IMG/VR virus record: IMGVR_UViG_3300042914_004291
Coordinates: 1 to 64,000 of that record
Origin: a virus
Direction: 5' to 3' (one strand)
Length of the DNA stretch: 64,000 bases
The translations under genes were made by a program, and so were the position numbers. Under the pieces are notes generated by a model. That model had not been told where the DNA came from. It made no database searches and saw only the letters and a list, made by a program, of their open reading frames with translations. This document shows positions 1 to 9,268 of the stretch, piece after piece (within the stretch, counting starts at the first letter, position 1; each line of letters begins with the position of its first letter).

Positions 1-52
1 CGGTTGTGTTGTGTTTTTTCTTTTGTTTGAGTGTTAGCATTGGTAGTTGTTT

Positions 53-1123
53 CTAGCGTTGGTTTGAATCGATCTCGATGAAGCTGACAAGTTCTTGGAA
101 CTCTCTTGTGTTGTTTGCTCCAACATACGAATATGCGCTACGTAAAGCAGCACCGAGTTCTTGCACGACATCAGCAGAACTTTTCTTTGCGTCAGCAACA
201 GTGATCTGCACACCTTCGGCAGCGGCTGTTGGTTTGTCATCGCGCAGCCCGAGCTCATATGCGTTATAAGCCACTTCATTCGAAGCCATGCCGCGATAGA
301 TTGTTGGCATGTTTGCGTCAGTGCATCCTGCGAACAGATATCCAGCCATCACAAGACTAGCACCAGCACCGATTGCTTTAGCAACATCACCATATTCTCT
401 GATTCCACCATCAGCAATGATCTGAACTTTTCCATCGCGTACACAGTCAAGGTTGCAACATTCTAGAACTGTTGAAAGCATTGGAGTATAAACGCCAGTA
501 ACATTCCTAGTACGACAAACCTTGCCGCCAGCAATTCCAACTTTTACCATGTCAGCACCAGCTTGATGCAAGAACTCAACCGCTACCGCAGTTCCAACGT
601 TTCCGGCAGCGACCAGCACGTTGCCGAACTTTTGCCGCAACCACTTGATTGATTTTGCCATATCTTCGGTATGACCATGGGCAATGTCAATCATGAAACA
701 ACGAATTCCATGCTTGTAAAGAGTCATTGCTCGGCGCTGTTCAATATCTCGTGTCAGTAAACCAACAGACCCGAACAATCGCTGTTTTGAAACAGTGCTC
801 AAAGCCAACAGATCTGTCTCTAACTGTTCCAGAGTCGAGAATCTGTGAAGTGAAGCAACGCCTCCAGCATTGATTGTGTTTTTCACAAGCTCAACACCAA
901 CAATTGAGTCCATGTTCGCAGGAATGATTGGAACATCCCAGGACATCATCGGCGTACGTGTGTAAAATTGTCGAAAACTGCCATCTGTTTTCACAGATGA
1001 CCTTGTCGTGATCCGGCTATGCCCAGGAATGATTGCTACTTGACTGTAATCGAGGTATTTGACGCGTTTGGGGAAATACCTCTGAAGAAGTTCAGAATTC
1101 ATATGGCTCTGATTCAACCACAT
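53..1123 (-). CDS. IMP dehydrogenase / GMP reductase family protein (no CBS domains)
   Basis: Motifs IIPANMDS, IDIAHGH, AGNV, KVGIAGGKVCRTR (catalytic Cys loop), IIADGGI, YRGMAS, AEGV, LRSAYSYVGA. guaB versus guaC cannot be resolved by eye. Confidence 0.9.
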   Translation of the reverse strand: MWLNQSHMNSELLQRYFPKRVKYLDYSQVAIIPGHSRITTRSSVKTDGSFRQFYTRTPMMSWDVPIIPANMDSIVGVELVKNTINAGGVASLHRFSTLEQLETDLLALSTVSKQRLFGSVGLLTRDIEQRRAMTLYKHGIRCFMIDIAHGHTEDMAKSIKWLRQKFGNVLVAAGNVGTAVAVEFLHQAGADMVKVGIAGGKVCRTRNVTGVYTPMLSTVLECCNLDCVRDGKVQIIADGGIREYGDVAKAIGAGASLVMAGYLFAGCTDANMPTIYRGMASNEVAYNAYELGLRDDKPTAAAEGVQITVADAKKSSADVVQELGAALRSAYSYVGANNTREFQELVSFIEIDSNQR

Positions 1124-1166
1124 CTCTTGCTAGTTGTCAAACACCGATAGTTAGAAACATTCTAAC

Positions 1167-1538
1167 ATGAACCTGAGCGACCAAAAAGTTGTGGAGATAG
1201 TGAAAGCTTTTGCGCAACATTGCGTTCAAGAGCTGGGGATACGAAACCCCGCAAAGGTCGTTATCAGCACAAAGGCTTTCAGCGACATGCCGACGGCCGG
1301 GTACTATGACATATCAAACAATCGGATCTTTGTCTGTGCAAAGAACAGAGCTATTGCTGATACACTTAGAACACTAGCACACGAACTGACACATTGCAAA
1401 CAGATGGAAGATGGGATTGTGTTTCCGGAAGATGACGAGGGTTTGCAGGAATTTGAGGACATGGCCAACCTCATGTCAGGCCGTCTTGTGCGCTTCTATG
1501 GCCGTAAACATCGGGAAATATATTCGGATCTTTCATGA
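1167..1538 (+). CDS. Small zincin-like metallopeptidase domain protein
   Basis: LRTLAHELTHCKQ (HExxH) followed by a downstream E (FEDMAN); ATAGTTA motif upstream. Confidence 0.65.
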   Translation: MNLSDQKVVEIVKAFAQHCVQELGIRNPAKVVISTKAFSDMPTAGYYDISNNRIFVCAKNRAIADTLRTLAHELTHCKQMEDGIVFPEDDEGLQEFEDMANLMSGRLVRFYGRKHREIYSDLS

Positions 1539-1981
1539 AATTATTCAGTGTGCTTTTCGAAACAAAACAAACGGCGGTCGAAGAAATCAAAACTGGCATA
1601 TGGGACACTAACCCACAGCGTTTTCTAGATTCTTTGTCTAAGACTAGGTATTCTGAATATCTGACAAACTACACCGAGGATGATTTGAAAAACCTAAAGG
1701 TTTTCAAGTTGCCAAACTATAATATTGGATTTGCATTAGATGGCGATGAAATCGTGGCAGTGCACAACAACGAGCCAACTGTGAGGGGAATTGGCGATAT
1801 ACTAATATTGGCCGCAGTCAAACAGGGCGGCCGTAGATTGTCACATTTTGACGGATACCTGAGCGGGTTCTATGAGAAGAACGGTTTCGTAGAATACATG
1901 CGTAAACCGTTTGATTCAAGCTTGGCAAAACACCCCATTGACGGCAATCCGGATGTGATTTGGCGTGTATATCGCGGATGA
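1535..1981 (+). CDS. GNAT-like acetyltransferase with N-terminal leader
   Basis: RGIGDILILAAVKQGG...FDGYLSGFYEKNGF resembles the GNAT acetyl-CoA loop and the FYxxxGF motif; N-terminus MKLFSVLFE. Confidence 0.6.
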   Translation: MKLFSVLFETKQTAVEEIKTGIWDTNPQRFLDSLSKTRYSEYLTNYTEDDLKNLKVFKLPNYNIGFALDGDEIVAVHNNEPTVRGIGDILILAAVKQGGRRLSHFDGYLSGFYEKNGFVEYMRKPFDSSLAKHPIDGNPDVIWRVYRG

Positions 1982-1995
1982 TATCGATCTTAAAT

Positions 1996-2925
1996 TCAGC
2001 CTTCAACATTTCTCCAAAATCTCATTGGCCCGTCTAACAGCCACGACTCAATATCATCTATTTTTCCAGCCAAAATCAACGGCTCAAACGATGGCAGCAC
2101 ATTATTGTTCGTGATAGATTCAGTGCCTACCAACAAAGACTCGATTTTCGTTCTTGATCCAACGTCGATGTCCAAAGGCAGGAACACCATTCCTTTGCTT
2201 GAGCTTAGGAGTCTGAGGAACTCATCATTGGAAACACCTTTGACGAGTTGGAAATTCATGTTGTTTTCGCGGCAATATCTGACAGAGTCTTCTGTTCCCT
2301 TGATCCAGCTAGCAGAATCAAGGACAATCCATCGATCTAGAACTTCGATCTCTCCACGCTGACGTGCTTCTCTGAGCTCTCTCATCTTCATGATTGATTC
2401 TGGGTAGAACGTGCTCCACTGGATGACGTCTCTGCTTGGATCCCTGCCTTCTAGGAGCTCAGGATAGATTCTATAGAATTGATCCTTCTGCCCGGTTGAA
2501 CACCAGAAGATCTTCTGAGCTCCAGCCATCCACTGTGCCATGAACATTCCATACTCTTTCAGATGACAGTCGCATGGCTTGCCTGACTCCATCTCGTGCT
2601 TCTTGATAGAGCGATAGATGCATGGCTTGTAGTCATACTCAAAGAAATAGTACCTGATATTATATGTCATGAACATGTGCAAGAGATAGAATGGCACCTG
2701 TGTTTGGTTGCCAAAGATCCATGTCTTGTGCTGGTTTGTCTTCACTAGTGTTTCAGTCAGCGACTGGGAGTGTAAATGTTTTATACGTTGTGGATTGCAG
2801 CCCCGTATAATCGCATCAGAGGTCAGTTCAGCTCCACCGAGTATTTCCTCGACGAAGAAGTCTTCGACCCACACAAATTCAGCTAGGCGCGGTATTGAGT
2901 ATTCTTTTGGTAGTGATAGTGACAT
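1996..2925 (-). CDS. Putative GT-B (GT4-like) glycosyltransferase
   Basis: N-terminal DFF...GGAELT; C-terminal WIKG...LLSSSKGMVFLP..D...R..IE.LL.G resembles the GT-B nucleotide-sugar binding region. Confidence 0.6.
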   Translation of the reverse strand: MSLSLPKEYSIPRLAEFVWVEDFFVEEILGGAELTSDAIIRGCNPQRIKHLHSQSLTETLVKTNQHKTWIFGNQTQVPFYLLHMFMTYNIRYYFFEYDYKPCIYRSIKKHEMESGKPCDCHLKEYGMFMAQWMAGAQKIFWCSTGQKDQFYRIYPELLEGRDPSRDVIQWSTFYPESIMKMRELREARQRGEIEVLDRWIVLDSASWIKGTEDSVRYCRENNMNFQLVKGVSNDEFLRLLSSSKGMVFLPLDIDVGSRTKIESLLVGTESITNNNVLPSFEPLILAGKIDDIESWLLDGPMRFWRNVEG

Positions 2926-2970
2926 CGCAGAGATATTCTAACCTGTGTACCTCTGGTTGTCATATCTCTC

Positions 2971-3540
2971 TCACGTATTGGTCGCGGCGGGAATTGGCTG
3001 TTGTTGGGCGGCTGCTTGCTGTTGGGCTTTGATCTGTTCGATCTGACGTGCCAACTGCTCCTTGAGTGTTTCCTCATCGATTTCCATGATTTCGCCGCCG
3101 TCAGTTGCTTCGCCGTTCCGATAGAGATGCTCGACAAAACCTGCACGGAAATAGATTCCAAGCTCGGTGTTGTTGTTCCAGACGATCTCAGTTGGCTGTT
3201 TGGCGATCACAGGCTTCTTGATTGTGCCGCCAGTAAATTCATTGAGAAAAACCCAGTCAACCTCTGTCGAGAATGAATAGTTCTCTGGCACAACCAGGAG
3301 ATCGCCAATCAGACCAACAACGTCTCCAGGCCGGAGTGACGAGAAGAACGATGCCAGTTCTTCATTCTTTGAATCGGTGAAAACAGTTGCAGTATCATCT
3401 AGCATTGCCTGAGTGTATGCCATCACGTGATCTGCTGTCAGACCTGAACCATAAAACTTCTGCCGCGAATGTTGCCCGCGGTGGAACTTTACGGTTTTCT
3501 TTGTTGAAGTTGGATCCGTGCTGTCTGTCACTGTAGTCAC
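2971..3540 (-). CDS. Hypothetical protein
   Basis: 189-aa ORF in an operon-like run, 4-nt overlap with the upstream gene. Confidence 0.6.
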   Translation of the reverse strand: MTTVTDSTDPTSTKKTVKFHRGQHSRQKFYGSGLTADHVMAYTQAMLDDTATVFTDSKNEELASFFSSLRPGDVVGLIGDLLVVPENYSFSTEVDWVFLNEFTGGTIKKPVIAKQPTEIVWNNNTELGIYFRAGFVEHLYRNGEATDGGEIMEIDEETLKEQLARQIEQIKAQQQAAAQQQPIPAATNT

Positions 3541-3914
3541 TGTAGTTCTGCCTTTCTGAAGATTTCTAGCTCAATCATCTTCTCGACGAATGAGTTGGGT
3601 GAGTGGAATGGTATAAATGATCCGTTGAAACTATCTGAGAACTCTTTCATGAATGAATCGGTTGAGAGTGCGTTCATCCTGTCTTTTACTTCTTCGTTCT
3701 CTTGAGTGCTGACAATTACACCTTGGAAGAATTTAACAGCCTCTTCAGCATCTTTTGGAACGAAGATCATCCTTTCCTGTGTGAGCACATGTGAACCAAA
3801 AGCCGAGTTTGGTTTTGACGCTACCTTGATGATGAGATAGTGAGTTCCAGGCTGAAACTTGAGGCGTTTGTTGTTTGATTTCTTGCCGCGAGGTGGGTTG
3901 CTGTTGTTTTTCAT
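3537..3914 (-). CDS. Hypothetical protein
   Basis: 125-aa ORF tightly packed after mnmA. Confidence 0.6.
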   Translation of the reverse strand: MKNNSNPPRGKKSNNKRLKFQPGTHYLIIKVASKPNSAFGSHVLTQERMIFVPKDAEEAVKFFQGVIVSTQENEEVKDRMNALSTDSFMKEFSDSFNGSFIPFHSPNSFVEKMIELEIFRKAELQ

Positions 3915-3919
3915 TATGT

Positions 3920-4936
3920 TTAGTTTGTGATAACACCACCAGCAACAACCGCAGCATATTTGTGGCTGTATACCACCGCTGCCTGACCCGGCGAAGTTCT
4001 CTTGGATGGTGTAGCAAGAACGAAGGTGCTTGTCAAGTGGTCGACGCTAGAAAGTCCCGTGCGCTCATGCGCATTTGAACGTGTAACGACGTACAGGTCA
4101 CCTTCGCTGAGGAGCTGATCGAACAGTTCTTTTGTGCAATGAACCTTGATAGTGTCACATGTGATCTTGTCTGAGTAAAGCTGTGGATCTGAGGAGTCCG
4201 CAGCGAAACTATCATTTCCACCAATGACGCCAAGATAATACTTCCCATTGATCTTCTGGCCAACAGAAGGCTTTGTCTCGATCCCGTTCTCGGCGAGATA
4301 CTCCTTGCGTGACTTGCCATTCAAGAAGCAAAGATCCGTTGAGTCCTTCTTCTTTGCAACACGTGCAAACACATCGCCAACAAGCTCACGCGTCTGATCC
4401 TTGCTGGGAATGTCTCCGAGTGGGAAAAGTGTGTTTGCGAGAATATCACGGCTAACATCCCAGAGGAAATAGCTCTGATCCTTTGTGCTTCCAATCCCAG
4501 GCGCCACAGTCCCATCAGGTAGCCTGACATTCTTCACATAGTGACCTGTTGCAATATAGTCAGCCTTGAGTGCCTTCGCAGCTTGATAGAAGAACGGGAA
4601 CTTGATGTCCGAATTGCAACCAACACATGGGTTGATGTGCACCCCGGCACGTTCAGCATCCAGGAACTTATCAACAACATTCTGCTTGAATGGCTTGAGC
4701 ATCGGAATCACGTGGTGCTCAATCCCTAGACGTTCGCAGCAAATCGAGGCATCGCGAATGTCGTTGAAAGTGCAACACCCACCGGCCTCGTCGTCAGCAT
4801 ATTGATGCAGCTTGATTGTCAAACCAACCACATCATATCCAGCATCGACAAGGAGCTTGGCCGCAGCAAAGCTGTCAACGCCGCCAGACATGCCAACGAC
4901 AACCCTGACCTTAGTGTTTGTTGATGTGTTCGTCAT
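3920..4936 (-). CDS. mnmA: tRNA 2-thiouridylase MnmA
   Basis: PP-loop GMSGGVDS, GGCC, NPCVGCNSDIKF, IATGHY, KDQSYFL, KKDSTDLCF, PGQAAVVY. Confidence 0.93.
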   Translation of the reverse strand: MTNTSTNTKVRVVVGMSGGVDSFAAAKLLVDAGYDVVGLTIKLHQYADDEAGGCCTFNDIRDASICCERLGIEHHVIPMLKPFKQNVVDKFLDAERAGVHINPCVGCNSDIKFPFFYQAAKALKADYIATGHYVKNVRLPDGTVAPGIGSTKDQSYFLWDVSRDILANTLFPLGDIPSKDQTRELVGDVFARVAKKKDSTDLCFLNGKSRKEYLAENGIETKPSVGQKINGKYYLGVIGGNDSFAADSSDPQLYSDKITCDTIKVHCTKELFDQLLSEGDLYVVTRSNAHERTGLSSVDHLTSTFVLATPSKRTSPGQAAVVYSHKYAAVVAGGVITN

Positions 4937-4945
4937 GATGGACGG

Positions 4946-4974
4946 ATCTTAGCGTCATCATGCAACGTTGTCAA
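4946..4974 (-). promoter_or_regulatory. sigma70-type promoter for mnmA
   Basis: TTGACA-N17-TAAGAT; the ATG is only 9 nt after the -10 box (near-leaderless). Confidence 0.75.
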
Positions 4975-4999
4975 GAGCGAAAGGCCAGAAACCAATCTG

Positions 5000-5335
5000 T
5001 CACTGAGAGCAAGTCTCTTCGGGCAGAGGCCGCTCATCTGCTGCATCAGCAACGTCCAAAGCCGTTGTGGCATCAAGTGTTGCTGATCCATCCGGGGCAG
5101 GAAGATCGATCACAACGCTAGCATCCATGTCGGATGACACACTCGATCCAGCATCTGAAACAATTGTCTGCACAGCACCAGTTTCCAGATTTGCTGTCGA
5201 TGGAGGAGGCAGAAGAAGGATTGCGCCAACCAATGCTGCAACGACAGCAAAAAGAATTGCAACGCGAGTGCGTGAAGAGGTGAAGTCACGAACTGCTTGT
5301 TTGGCCTGATTGAATAGATCTTGTAGTTTCTTCAT
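5000..5335 (-). CDS. Membrane-anchored protein with DAG/DAS/DAT low-complexity tail
   Basis: One hydrophobic helix (VAILFAVVAALVGAILLL), then SDAG..DAS..DGS..DAT..DVADAAD. Confidence 0.65.
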   Translation of the reverse strand: MKKLQDLFNQAKQAVRDFTSSRTRVAILFAVVAALVGAILLLPPPSTANLETGAVQTIVSDAGSSVSSDMDASVVIDLPAPDGSATLDATTALDVADAADERPLPEETCSQ

Positions 5336-5345
5336 GATGTGAACC

Positions 5346-5374
5346 AGTCTACTCTACTGCCATGCAACTGTCAA
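5346..5374 (-). promoter_or_regulatory. sigma70-type promoter
   Basis: TTGACA-N17-TAGACT, 10 nt before the ATG at 5335. Confidence 0.75.
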
Positions 5375-5781
5375 GTCGTGACTGCTTGGTCTTTTGTTGA
5401 TTGTTGTTCTAATCTGCGCAAAAGATGCTTCAGTTTGCTGCAAGTCTGTGAAACAACCATTCTATTCGCTGATCCTGCCTTGAACACCGTCTTTAGCTGT
5501 TCAAGGTGAGCAATTGTTTTCTTCAGTTGGGATATGTGCTGACGGGAATTTACCATGACCTTCTGCGTCTTTGGTTCTTGATTGAACTTGCTTGGATCAA
5601 AGTCAGCAAGGAACTGCTCGTCTGGGGTTAAAGGTTTTGGTTGGACTTGTTTCTCGAAATAGTCGCGGCGAAACTGTGAAGGCGAGGAAGATGCACGTTT
5701 CTTGCCGCCAAAGATCAACTGCTCAAGCAAAACAGCTTCAGCTTTGTTCTCGTCATTGATGTTGTTGTTTGCGGCAGACAT
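5371..5781 (-). CDS. Hypothetical protein (late-motif preceded)
   Basis: 136-aa ORF; GTATTTA at 5795-5801. Confidence 0.6.
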   Translation of the reverse strand: MSAANNNINDENKAEAVLLEQLIFGGKKRASSSPSQFRRDYFEKQVQPKPLTPDEQFLADFDPSKFNQEPKTQKVMVNSRQHISQLKKTIAHLEQLKTVFKAGSANRMVVSQTCSKLKHLLRRLEQQSTKDQAVTT

Positions 5782-5816
5782 ACTCAGGTATTGATAAATA
5801 CTACTGAGTTCTACGA

Positions 5817-6359
5817 TCAGAGAGTTGGAACAGGAGGAGCTCCTGGTGCGGGTTGCGCAGGAGTTGGAGGCGCTGCGGGTGGAGCTGCGGGTGGAGCTGC
5901 CGGTGGAGCTGCTGGCGACACTGGAGGAGCTGGTGGCTGGTTTGCTTCAGGCTGTGCAGCATTTGCTGGTTTAACCACCTCGGCGATCTTTCTCAGTTCT
6001 GTATCCAACATCTTTCGCGTAGCTTCGGGGGTGGCGCTGAAATATGTGTTAAATGCAGCATACACTGCTGGATCGTCAAAACTTCTCCCAGCCCTGATCT
6101 TGTTGAAAATCTCAACCAATGATTCGGCTGTGATCTGTGCAGGAGCTCCTGCACCCGCTGGAGGCATAGCACCAGCATCGCCAGTTGGTGCAGGAACGGC
6201 AGGAGGAGGTGCACCTATTCCACCAGTATCTCCGGTTGGGGATGGCGGTGCGTCTAGCTGCTCATTGATCACAGAAAGGCCGCGAAACAATGCTAGGGCG
6301 CGCATTGTGGATTTCAAGTCTCTAGCACTTGCCGATTTGGTGTTCGTCTTCTTGTTCAT
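5817..6359 (-). CDS. Pro/Ala-rich putative virion/head protein
   Basis: Probable ATG start at 6359 (MNKKT) after GTATTTA; leader ...GLSVINE; helical core FNKIRAGRSFDD flanked by Pro/Ala-rich linkers. Confidence 0.65.
   Translation of the reverse strand: MNKKTNTKSASARDLKSTMRALALFRGLSVINEQLDAPPSPTGDTGGIGAPPPAVPAPTGDAGAMPPAGAGAPAQITAESLVEIFNKIRAGRSFDDPAVYAAFNTYFSATPEATRKMLDTELRKIAEVVKPANAAQPEANQPPAPPVSPAAPPAAPPAAPPAAPPTPAQPAPGAPPVPTL
5868..5915 (-). repeat. 12-nt tandem repeat (about 4 copies) encoding PPAA
   Basis: Plus strand reads ggcgctgcgggt ggagctgcgggt ggagctgccggt ggagctgctggc. Confidence 0.8.
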
Positions 6360-6380
6360 CTTCTTGTATATTAAATACAA

Positions 6381-6701
6381 CTAGTCAGGTAGCTTGACTA
6401 TCTGGGCATGATGCCGTTTTGCGGCAGAAGCCATTTTGTTTTGGCATTCAACCAAAGCATCGATAGCATCATGGGAATGAGATCTCATGTATACATCCAC
6501 TTCAAGATATGCGGTTGATTTCTTGAGCTTGACAGAAAGTGTGACCGTGTCATCTTCATGAGAGATCGACAAGAGATCTTGCATCAATGAGAAACGGTCA
6601 ACATTGTTCTCTGGAGTTATGTGTACCCTGCAAACAGGTGATGAAAAGGATGAAGGTAAATCTGACTCTTCTTCATCCTCAGACTGGATTTGAGATGGCA
6701 T
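6381..6701 (-). CDS. Hypothetical protein
   Basis: 106-aa ORF filling the gap between co-directional genes. Confidence 0.5.
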   Translation of the reverse strand: MPSQIQSEDEEESDLPSSFSSPVCRVHITPENNVDRFSLMQDLLSISHEDDTVTLSVKLKKSTAYLEVDVYMRSHSHDAIDALVECQNKMASAAKRHHAQIVKLPD

Positions 6702-6735
6702 TGGAGGAAGGATGGATTCGTTGATGAAATCTCAA

Positions 6736-8286
6736 TCAGGCAGTAGGCTTAGCAGCACGAAGAACTTCGCGGCGAAGCGCAATGACGTCAGGCTGGGAAT
6801 CAATGTAGTCGCCGAGAGAGTTGAACAGGGTTTGCTTGTCCAACTCTGACTTGAACTTCTCAAACGATGCCTGCCAAACCTCGTCATAAGCAGCAGCATC
6901 CTCTGCGTCGCTGTTCAGGAAAATATCAACGATCCTGCGCTGCCCATCAACGTCGGAGAGAAGGATCGATTCAAAGACGCCAATCTCCTGAGAGCCAATT
7001 GGCTTCTTCACGCCAGACGCTTGAAGTTTCGCGGCAAAATCTGCAACACCCTCAGCAAATGCTTGCTGCATCTCCGGACCTTCCTCGGTGAAGGCGTCAA
7101 ACATTACATCAACAAACTCACCAACAAACTGTTCGAAACGAGCATCGCCATCAGCACCTTCTGCGTAGAAACTAGCCTCAAGTTCAAGAGTGTTTGTTTC
7201 AAACACTTCCATCACAGCCTTGACAATAGCACCACGCACGCCCGGATCACTCGCAGACTGATTCAAGATCGCCTCGTGAACAGTCATACCATTCCCAAGA
7301 TCGGCATTCAATGCACGCTTGAAGATAGCAATGTCGTGTGCAGAAGCATTAGGAACCAAGTCGGCAATTGCAGCATTGAATGCTGCTTGTTGATTAAACG
7401 CAGCTTCGCTGTCAGACTCACCCTCTTCTGGGAAACCAACCTTGCTGAACGCCTCAAACATTGAATCCACAAACAGGTCAGTATACCCAGCAGTAGCTTC
7501 TAGAACCTTGTCCACGAGCTCGTCGATAGAGCTCATCACAAACTCCCCCTGAGACTCGTCGCGGTTCTTGTTCAGAAGAAACCGGATGATCTGCTTCACT
7601 TCTGGAGAATTCTCCATCTTATCCATCGCAAGCTTGATGCGAGAATCAATCGCCTGACGGCTACCAAGCTTCTCCGACGCATCACCAGCAACGATCCTGC
7701 GAACAGTGTCGAGCGTGATCTCAGAATCATCCTGGGTCATGCGGCCAGACGTGCTCTTCTTCTCTGGCGCCTTCATGTCTTCGGCAGTTCCATTGGCCAT
7801 CTGATCAATTGATCCAGCCTGCGCAGCAATCCTCTGACGAACACCCTTGCTGTTGGTATACCCGGCAAGAATCTTTACCAGAGCCATAGAATCATTCTCA
7901 TATGGAGAGAATGAAAATAGCTCGTTTGGGTTGGCATTGATCCACTCAACCATCTGGTTTGGATCCATTGCTTCAAACTGCGCTAGCAGTTGATCGCGCT
8001 CCTCTGGCTCAAGGCGAAGAGGTGAGGTGTTTGACTCAAGATAGTTCCGGATGAACCAGCGCTTGAAGTCAGCCTGGGTAGCTGAAACGGATGGCTCATC
8101 GCTCGGCCCACCTTCCGGCAGAGCATCCCAGATTGAGGTATAGTCCTCAGAGGCGTAGATGTTCTTAGGATCGTTACGGATCCCGACCGGTGCCTCGCTG
8201 AACAGTGTATTCACAATAGCCCGCTTCACCATCTCGTCGATCTTGGTACGAATGGCTGTGTTGGGCGCTGATGATGAGTTACTCAT
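6736..8286 (-). CDS. Acidic helical hypothetical protein with leader (putative head protein)
   Basis: 516 aa; N-terminal KIDEMVKRAIVNTLFSE; both promoter classes lie upstream. Confidence 0.7.
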   Translation of the reverse strand: MSNSSSAPNTAIRTKIDEMVKRAIVNTLFSEAPVGIRNDPKNIYASEDYTSIWDALPEGGPSDEPSVSATQADFKRWFIRNYLESNTSPLRLEPEERDQLLAQFEAMDPNQMVEWINANPNELFSFSPYENDSMALVKILAGYTNSKGVRQRIAAQAGSIDQMANGTAEDMKAPEKKSTSGRMTQDDSEITLDTVRRIVAGDASEKLGSRQAIDSRIKLAMDKMENSPEVKQIIRFLLNKNRDESQGEFVMSSIDELVDKVLEATAGYTDLFVDSMFEAFSKVGFPEEGESDSEAAFNQQAAFNAAIADLVPNASAHDIAIFKRALNADLGNGMTVHEAILNQSASDPGVRGAIVKAVMEVFETNTLELEASFYAEGADGDARFEQFVGEFVDVMFDAFTEEGPEMQQAFAEGVADFAAKLQASGVKKPIGSQEIGVFESILLSDVDGQRRIVDIFLNSDAEDAAAYDEVWQASFEKFKSELDKQTLFNSLGDYIDSQPDVIALRREVLRAAKPTA

Positions 8287-8361
8287 TATTTCTTTTGGTT
8301 TCCTTGTAGTTGTCGGTAACTAGAGGTTGTTTGCCGCGGAACTCTGTTGGCTGATGAGTGG

Positions 8362-8390
8362 ATCCTAGCTCGTCGCGATCAGGTTGTCAA
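8362..8390 (-). promoter_or_regulatory. sigma70-type promoter
   Basis: TTGACA-N17-TAGGAT; a CTAGTTA motif also lies at 8317-8323. Confidence 0.7.
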
Positions 8391-9200
8391 GTGCGTTTCC
8401 ATGTACCGGACCATGCCGCTCACCGGATTGAGAGTTGCATTTGCGACCAATTTCCACGTTAACATCTCAGCTTTCACTGGACCGTAAGCCAGCACTTCTT
8501 TCTGATAGGAATATGGATTCCCCGTAACTGCCAAATATTTCTTGACAGAATCTAAACTGAAAAAGAAGTCATTCATAGCTGGGTTGCACGCTATGACAGC
8601 GACATAAGAACCGGCTTGGTTGCTTGTGGATTCGATAACAGTGGATTGCGCATATATTCTTGATAAAACTGATGCGTCAGTTGTCCAGCCGGATATCGTC
8701 GTGCCGGATGCCGGGTGCACTGTGACAGATTCTGTCAAAACTCCCGTCTTCTTGTCACCGACTGGGCTGCTGATGAGGTTTTCAAGTTTTTCCTTCGACA
8801 GCCCGATCAAGATACGCCAAACTCTCGGCGCTGTGACGGAGAAATGTGATTTATATTTTCCAGCTTTGTGAAGCTTCAGAAGCTCAGGTGCGATCTTGTC
8901 TAGTCCGGACTTGTCGTTTGAACTTATGTAGCTGAAAAGAGATGAGAGCAAAGCTTTTTCCAGTTCTGTATCAGGTTCTGGATCAATGTTCTGCATCAGG
9001 ATTTCTCTTCGTAGATCTCCAAATATATATTTTCCGAGTGGACCGCCGAGCTCATCATCTGGTTTTTCAGGTTGCAGTTTAGTGATTGGCGTTTTGCGAA
9101 CCAAGGCGCCAGTGGTTTTGTCGATATCAAAGTCATCCCAGCCATCATTCTCTGAAAGGTATAACAGCTCTGATAGTTTGATGGGTTTTGTAACTGGCAT
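8379..9200 (-). CDS. Putative ADP-ribosyltransferase-fold protein with leader
   Basis: Ordered R / S-x-x-T / Q-x-E motifs: RVWR, ISGWTT, YQKEVL; leader IKLSELLYLSE. Confidence 0.5.
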   Translation of the reverse strand: MPVTKPIKLSELLYLSENDGWDDFDIDKTTGALVRKTPITKLQPEKPDDELGGPLGKYIFGDLRREILMQNIDPEPDTELEKALLSSLFSYISSNDKSGLDKIAPELLKLHKAGKYKSHFSVTAPRVWRILIGLSKEKLENLISSPVGDKKTGVLTESVTVHPASGTTISGWTTDASVLSRIYAQSTVIESTSNQAGSYVAVIACNPAMNDFFFSLDSVKKYLAVTGNPYSYQKEVLAYGPVKAEMLTWKLVANATLNPVSGMVRYMETHLTT

Positions 9201-9268
9201 GTAGTTGATTCCGATTGCTCATGGAATAACTACTGACAATATAGGCTAATATAGGCTGGGGGATGTTT

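Noticed and set aside
1135-1140. TTGACA upstream of the IMPDH/GMPR gene
   Set aside because: Only 11 nt from the annotated ATG, with no properly spaced -10 box recognised.
5791-6384. 197-aa Gly/Ala-rich plus-strand ORF
   Set aside because: Mirror image of the Pro/Ala-rich minus-strand gene.
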